From assembly GCA_963662965.1 (NCBI GenBank), contig OY759970.1, forward strand, positions 3,072,524 through 3,136,523: a stretch of DNA of 64,000 nucleotides, read 5' to 3'. This stretch comes from Vicinamibacterales bacterium (GTDB taxonomy: Bacteria; Acidobacteriota; Vicinamibacteria; Vicinamibacterales; UBA8438). Numbering within the stretch: the stretch's first letter is position 1; the number at the start of each line of letters is the position of its first letter. Shown here piece by piece: positions 55,594-64,000 of the stretch. The notes under the pieces were generated by a model. That model was not told the origin of the DNA. It searched no databases and saw only the letters and a program-made list of their open reading frames with translations. The translations under genes and the position numbers were made by a program.

Positions 55594-56547
55594 GATTCAG
55601 GTGACCGGCCTGTTCAAGCTGCTCGGCGACGATGCCAGACTCCGGCTGCTGCGGCTGCTCCGAAGGGAGCGGCTCAATGTCTCGGAGCTGACCACGATCC
55701 TCGGGATTGCCCAATCGGGCGTGTCGCGCCATCTCGGGCTGCTCCGCGAGGCGCGCCTTGTGGCCGAGGAGCGTGCCGGCGGATATAGCTACTATCACGC
55801 CGAGCCGCTCGACGGCGCCGAGCGTTCCGTCTGGGCCTTCCTGAACGAGACGCTCGACGCGGCCCAGGATGACGACGACGAGGTCATTCGCGGCGACGAC
55901 GCGCGGTTGGCCGAGGTGCTGCGGCAGCGCAGCGAGCGCCGGGACGCGCACGGCATCGCGCCCGGCGAGGCGGCGCGTCAGCTCGTGCCAGGACGCAGCT
56001 GGGCCGCGTGGTCGCGTGCGCTCGGTCTGCTCCTGCCGTCTCTTCGGGTCGCCGACCTCGGATGTGGCGATGGTCACCTGACGCTCGAGCTTGCCGCCTG
56101 GGCGAGTGCGGTCGTGGCGGTCGACCGCTCGGCGGAGGTGCTGGAGGCGGCACGTCGCCTGGCGCGCCGGCGGGGTGCCGCGAACATCGAGTGGCACCAA
56201 GGCGAGATCGATGCGCTGCCGCTCGAGGACGCCAGTGTCGACGTTGCGCTCTTGTCGCAGGCGCTGCATCATGCGCGTGAGCCGGGTGCGGCACTCGGTG
56301 AAGCCGCGCGCGTGGTCGTCCCCGGCGGACGGGTGCTCGTGCTCGACCTGGCGCGCCATGACGAGTCCTGGGTGCGCGAGCAGCTGGGCGATCGCTGGAA
56401 CGGATTCGCGCGCGAGGAGCTGGCCGACTTGTTGGGGGAGGCCGGCTTGACGGAGGTGACGGTGCGGAGCGGCCTCGACGCCGCGCCGTTTGCGGTGTTG
56501 ATCGGGGCAGGAGTCAAGGCGGGAGGGAAGGCCGGGGTGACGGATAG

Positions 56548-56551
<4 letters not shown>
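55592..56551 (+). CDS. ArsR/SmtB-family HTH fused to a class I SAM-dependent methyltransferase
   Basis: ORF 55493..56551, with GTG 55592 or 55601 as the likely start. ...[48 protein letters not shown]... is followed by [16 protein letters not shown] (motif I). Its stop overlaps the metH ATG. Confidence 0.8.
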
Positions 56552-60246
<3,695 letters not shown>

Positions 60247-60252
60247 GTCCTC

Positions 60253-62273
60253 ATGCGCGACCTTTCCGTTCTGCGCGACCTGGCCATCATCGCCGGCCTG
60301 GCGATCCCGGTGGTCGCGTTGGCGCATCGCCTGCGTCTCCCGCCGCTCGTCGGATTTCTTCTCGTTGGCGTCTTCATCGGTCCGTCGGGTGTTGCGCTGA
60401 TCCCGGACCCGGCCGCGGTCTCCGAACTCGCGGAGATCGGTGTGGTGCTCCTGCTGTTCGCCATCGGCCTCGAGCTGTCGCTGACCGACGTCCTGAGGTG
60501 GGGGCGGTCGGTCGTCGTCGCCGGAGGCGCGCAGATGGCGGGCATGCTGACGCTCGGTCTCTTGGCGGGCCTCGCGTTCGGGTTACCCCTCGGGCGAGCG
60601 CTCTTCTACGGCGCCCTGGCGGCGATGTCGTCAACGGCGGTCGTGACGAAGGCGTACGCCGATCGGGGCGAGCTCGATACGCCGCACGGTCGCGAAGTGG
60701 TGTCGATCCTGCTGTTTCAGGATCTGTGCATTGTCCCCATCATGCTGCTGCTGCCGTTGCTCGGTGGCGAGAGCGACCAGGGCGCCGAGGAGCTCTGGTC
60801 GCGGATGGTCGTCAGCCTCGTCGTGATGGTGGCCCTCGTCGTCGGCGGGCGCTTGGTGGTGCGCTGGACGCTCGATCGGATCGTCGGTCTGCGCGACAGC
60901 GAGCTCTTCACGCTGTGCGTCGGTTTCTTCGCCATCGCGACGGCCCTGGTGAGCGCCGCCGCCTGATTCTCGTTGGCGATTGGCGCCTTTCTGGCCGGCT
61001 TGATCATTTCGGAGTCGGAGTACGGGCAGCAGGCGCTCTCCGACGTTCTCCCGTTCCGGGCGCTGTTTAGCGGTGTGTTCTTCACCTCGATCGGAATGCT
61101 GCTCGACCTGCCGCTGGCGATGAGCCAGCCGCTGGTGGTGATCAAGAGCGTGGTGGCATCGGGCGCAGTCGGCCTGCGAGGTCGCGGACTCGAAACGAGC
61201 CTGACGAGTGGCCTCAGCCTGGCCCAGATCGGCGAATTCTCGTTTGTCCTGGCGGCGGCCGGACTTCCCCTGGGACTGTTTCGCGGCAATGACTATCAGT
61301 CGTTTCTGACCGTCGCCGCGCTGTCGCTGATGGTGGCGCCGTTTCTCCTCGAGTCGGCCCACACGTTGGCCGAGGCGATCGGGTCGCGGCTCCGAGGGAC
61401 GGCATGGCGTGATCACGACGCCGCCGCGGAGCGCTGCGGCGCCTCTGATCTTGCCGTGGCCGTCGGTGACCAGCGCGACCACGCCGTCGTCATTGGCTAC
61501 GGGGTGGCCGGGCGGTATCTCGCGCGGATGCTGCAGGCCGCCAGCATCCAGTAGTTGGTGATCGATCAAAACGCCGAGCTCGTGCGTCAGGCGCGCACCG
61601 ACGGTCTCCCGGCGGTCTACGGCGACGGCACCCGACACGCGATGCTCGAGCGGGTGGCGTGCACTTGCGCGCCATCGACGATCTGATGCGGCTCGGCGCT
61701 ACTGAGGTGGTCGTGGAGGAGTTCGAGGCGTCACTCGAAATGTTCGCACGGGCGCTGGAGAGCTACGAGATCCCGGCGAGCCGGATCGCCCACGAGCTCG
61801 ACGCGATCCGCCACGAGCACTACGGGTTACTGCGGGGCACGGCGATGCCCGACCTGACCCTCGACACACTGAAGCATCTCGGTATCCACGAGGCCCTGGA
61901 GTTGGTCGAGGTCGAAGCCAGGTCGCGGGCGAGCGGGGAGAACGCACGCACCCTCGACCTGCGTCGCGAGACCGGCGCCATCCAGGTGGCGGTCTCGCGC
62001 GACGGCGTGCCGATCTATCGCCGCGATCAATCGTTCCGTTACGAGGATGGCGACACCGCGGTGCTGGTCGGCGACCGCGAGGCGCTCGACCGCGCTGGCG
62101 AGCTGTTTCGGGGGGAGGGTAGGGGCGCGCGCACGGCGCGCCCCCGCCGGCGCGGAGTGGGGCGAAGGGGCCTCCGTGAGTGCCGGCGGCGGGGTTCGGG
62201 GCTGCCGGCCCCGTCTAGGATTGGTCCCGGCGTTCTTCCCACTCTTCGAGCGTCTTCGGCCAATCGCTCTTGA
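60253..62273 (+). pseudogene. Kef-type (CPA2) K+/H+ antiporter with RCK (TrkA-N/TrkA-C) domains, disrupted
   Basis: Three ORFs (60253..60966, 60973..61554, 61659..62273) read as one CPA2 protein. In-frame TGA lies at 60964-60966 (..VSAAA*FSLAIGAFLAGL..) and in-frame TAG at 61552-61554 (..AASIQ*LVIDQNAEL..). The frame changes near 61640-61660. The Rossmann motif is VVIGYGVAG. Confidence 0.75.
62122..62144. terminator. GC-rich hairpin GGGGCGCGC-GCACG-GCGCGCCCC between the convergent kef-like and fpg-like genes
   Basis: Read directly: 9-bp perfect stem and 5-nt loop, with no U tract. A second 6-bp hairpin lies near 62196-62212. Confidence 0.4.
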
Positions 62274-63117
62274 GCAGACGCGACATCGCCCGGTCGGCGA
62301 GGAGCTTGCCGCCGGTCTGACACGACGCGCAGTAGTTCGCCTCGTTGCTCGCGTAGACGATTCGCTGCACCGGCGACCCGCAAGCGGGGCAGGGCTGGTC
62401 GTATCGCCCATGCACCGCCATCTCAGGGCGAAACGCGGTGACTTTCTCCGGGAACCGGTCGCCGGTTTGGCGTCGGAGTCGCTCGGTCCACTCGCGGAGG
62501 GTCGTTTGGGAGGCGGCGTGAAGTCGCGCGATCTCCGCCTCGGTGAGGCGGCGGGTGAGCTTGACCGGCGAGAGCCCGGCGGCGTGCAGGATCTCGTCGG
62601 AGTAGGCATTTCCGATCCCGGAGAAGAGCCTCGGGTCGGTGAGCGATCGCTTCAACGTATGGTTCTCGGACGTCAGCACCCGGGCAAACGCGCCGATGTC
62701 GGCGCTGAGCGCCTCGAGACCGCCGCGGTCGTGCTCGGCGAGGGCGGCCTGTCCGGCCACGACGTGCAGCGCCGCCCGCTTTCTTGAGCCCGCTTCGGTC
62801 AGCAACAGGGTCCCGTTCGGGAAATCGAACGCCGCGACACCGAGCTTTGTCGGGACCGCCGTGCCGCGGTCCCGCCAGCGAAGACGGCCGGCAATCATCA
62901 GGTGCAGGACCAGGAAGTAGTCGTCGGCCAGACCGATCACGATGCGCTTGCCGAGCCGCGCAACCGTGCGTACCGAACGCCCCTCGGCGGCGTCGAGCGG
63001 TGGCGTCACCGACCGGAGCACGAACGGACGCAGCAGGCGCACCGCCTCGAGTTACTGTTCGATGATCCGCGGTAACAGACAGCTGACGTACAGCTCGACG
63101 TCAGGGAGTTCGGGCAC
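62215..63117 (-). pseudogene. Fpg/Nei-family DNA glycosylase with a premature in-frame TAA at codon 22
   Basis: GTG 63117 gives (M)PELPDVELYVSCLLPRIIEQ, then TAA (63052-63054), then in the same frame LEAVRLLRPFVLRS... (ORF 62215..63042). It has H2TH and the C-terminal zinc finger CPACG...CASCQ. Confidence 0.75.
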
Positions 63118-63128
63118 AGCCCCAGTGT

Positions 63129-63740
63129 ATGATCGCCCCCGACCGCATGGAGTACCACATCCGTCAGTACGGCCTGCAACAGGGTGCGCTCGAGATCGAG
63201 TACATCGAAGAGTACTTCGGCGAGTTCCAACGGAAGAAGACCGCCAACGAGGTGATCGGTCGGCTCGACAATCGCGACCACCAGATCGTGATGGCCGAGG
63301 CGCCGTTGCCGGATGATCCAGGGACCGTCGCACCCGTGGCCTACAAGGTCTCGCATGAGCTGCGCCGCGAGGAGACCGACCCGAAGCTGGCCGACCTCGT
63401 CGAACGGTTGACGCCAACGGTGGAGTTCCGCGACCGGAAAGTGCTCTACAGCTGGATTGGCGGCACGCGGCGCGACTGGCGCGGCCAGGGCTTCTTTCGG
63501 GCGCTGACCGAAGAGCAAGAGGCGTGGGCCCACGACAACGGGTTCGACGAGATCCTCGTCAAAACCAAGAACCGTCTCTACAACATGCGCGGCACGCTCG
63601 ACACCCTCGAGTTCAACGTGATCAAGTTCGAGCCGAACGACCAAGACAACTGCGAGTCGAAGGTCTACCTCAGCAAGAGGCTCGGGCTCGAAGTGCTCGA
63701 CCGCCATCGCAGCAAGCGTTCGGTCGTTCGCTCGACGTAG
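63129..63740 (+). CDS. GNAT-family N-acetyltransferase-like protein
   Basis: ORF track 203 aa. ...YSWIGGTRRDWRGQGFFRALTEEQEAWAHDNGF... is a Q/RxxGxG/A-type acetyl-CoA loop. Confidence 0.6.
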   Translation: MIAPDRMEYHIRQYGLQQGALEIEYIEEYFGEFQRKKTANEVIGRLDNRDHQIVMAEAPLPDDPGTVAPVAYKVSHELRREETDPKLADLVERLTPTVEFRDRKVLYSWIGGTRRDWRGQGFFRALTEEQEAWAHDNGFDEILVKTKNRLYNMRGTLDTLEFNVIKFEPNDQDNCESKVYLSKRLGLEVLDRHRSKRSVVRST

Positions 63741-63808
63741 GCGCGGATGCTCGTCCGCTCCGTGCTTGGCCGTCACCGCAGGGTCGTCGCGGCGCGGTAG
63801 AGTGGCCC

Positions 63809-64000
63809 GTGCCGGTCACCCGCATTCACGCGATCGACGACCCCCTCGTCGCAGACTTCCGGGTCGTTTCCGACCCGGAGCTGATGCGCACCCGGGGGCT
63901 CTTCGTCGCCGAAGGTCAGCTGGCGGTGGCACGTCTGCTGGCGTCACGATTCCGCGTGCGGGCGTTGCTGCTGACCGACAGCGCCTACGACCGGCTCGAA
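63809..64000 (+). CDS. 5' part of a TrmH/SpoU-family RNA methyltransferase-like gene (runs off the window)
   Basis: It is not in the ORF track because it has no stop. GTG 63809 gives VPVTRIHAIDDPLVADFRVVSDPELMRTRGLFVAEGQLAVARLL..., the typical N-terminal region of SpoU-type methylases. Confidence 0.5.
   Translation, partial: MPVTRIHAIDDPLVADFRVVSDPELMRTRGLFVAEGQLAVARLLASRFRVRALLLTDSAYDRLE

Noticed and set aside
60964-60966. The in-frame TGA in the kef-like gene read as a selenocysteine codon.
   Set aside because: The position aligns with a conserved glycine in a membrane helix, and I noticed no SECIS-like hairpin downstream. TAG and TAA interruptions occur in the same and neighbouring genes, so recoding is not a coherent explanation.
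62109-62122. The G6 run near the end of the kef-like ORF considered as a homopolymer frameshift creating a false C-terminal extension.
   Set aside because: The TAG that would precede the hairpin is in a frame that matches neither the N-terminal nor the C-terminal kef frame. The idea is not supported by the frames I can read.

Overview
This is a 64-kb, high-GC bacterial window (roughly 65 percent by eye). I cannot support any rRNA, tRNA or CRISPR array in it. It splits into two parts.

(1) Positions 1 to ~42.6 kb are an accessory mosaic.
- It holds at least 11 IS copies or fragments from 8 families: IS481-like, two diverged IS6, an IS1380 fragment, an IS5 fragment, an IS256 fragment plus one intact IS256, an IS110 fragment, an ISAzo13-like element and two different IS3.
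- It also holds a plasmid RepA remnant, a phage remnant (terminase fragment plus tyrosine integrase) and a serine-recombinase remnant.
- Defence-type content includes an MNT/HepT toxin-antitoxin pair and a nucleoside 2-deoxyribosyltransferase-like gene followed by an overlapping recC-recB-recD operon.
- The main candidate system is an 8-kb Type I restriction-modification operon that carries a HicB/HicA pair and an Mrr-like nuclease between hsdM and hsdS.
- Lower-GC orphan genes (a GNAT-like fragment and a protein with an Rx4H HEPN-type motif) sit at the right edge.

(2) Positions ~42.7 to 64 kb look like core chromosome.
- Genes there are a PQQ alcohol dehydrogenase, two QueD/PTPS paralogs, a proline-racemase-family enzyme, FeoA-FeoB, GGT, an HD hydrolase, a VWA protein, an ArsR-methyltransferase, MetH, a Kef-type antiporter, Fpg/Nei, a GNAT and a TrmH-like gene.
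- Three loci there carry four in-frame stops between them (TAG, TGA, TAG, TAA), and at least three frameshifts are present.

All family assignments come from motif recognition in the supplied translations and from reading the DNA. No searches were run. The taxon guess (Acidobacteriota) is inference only.
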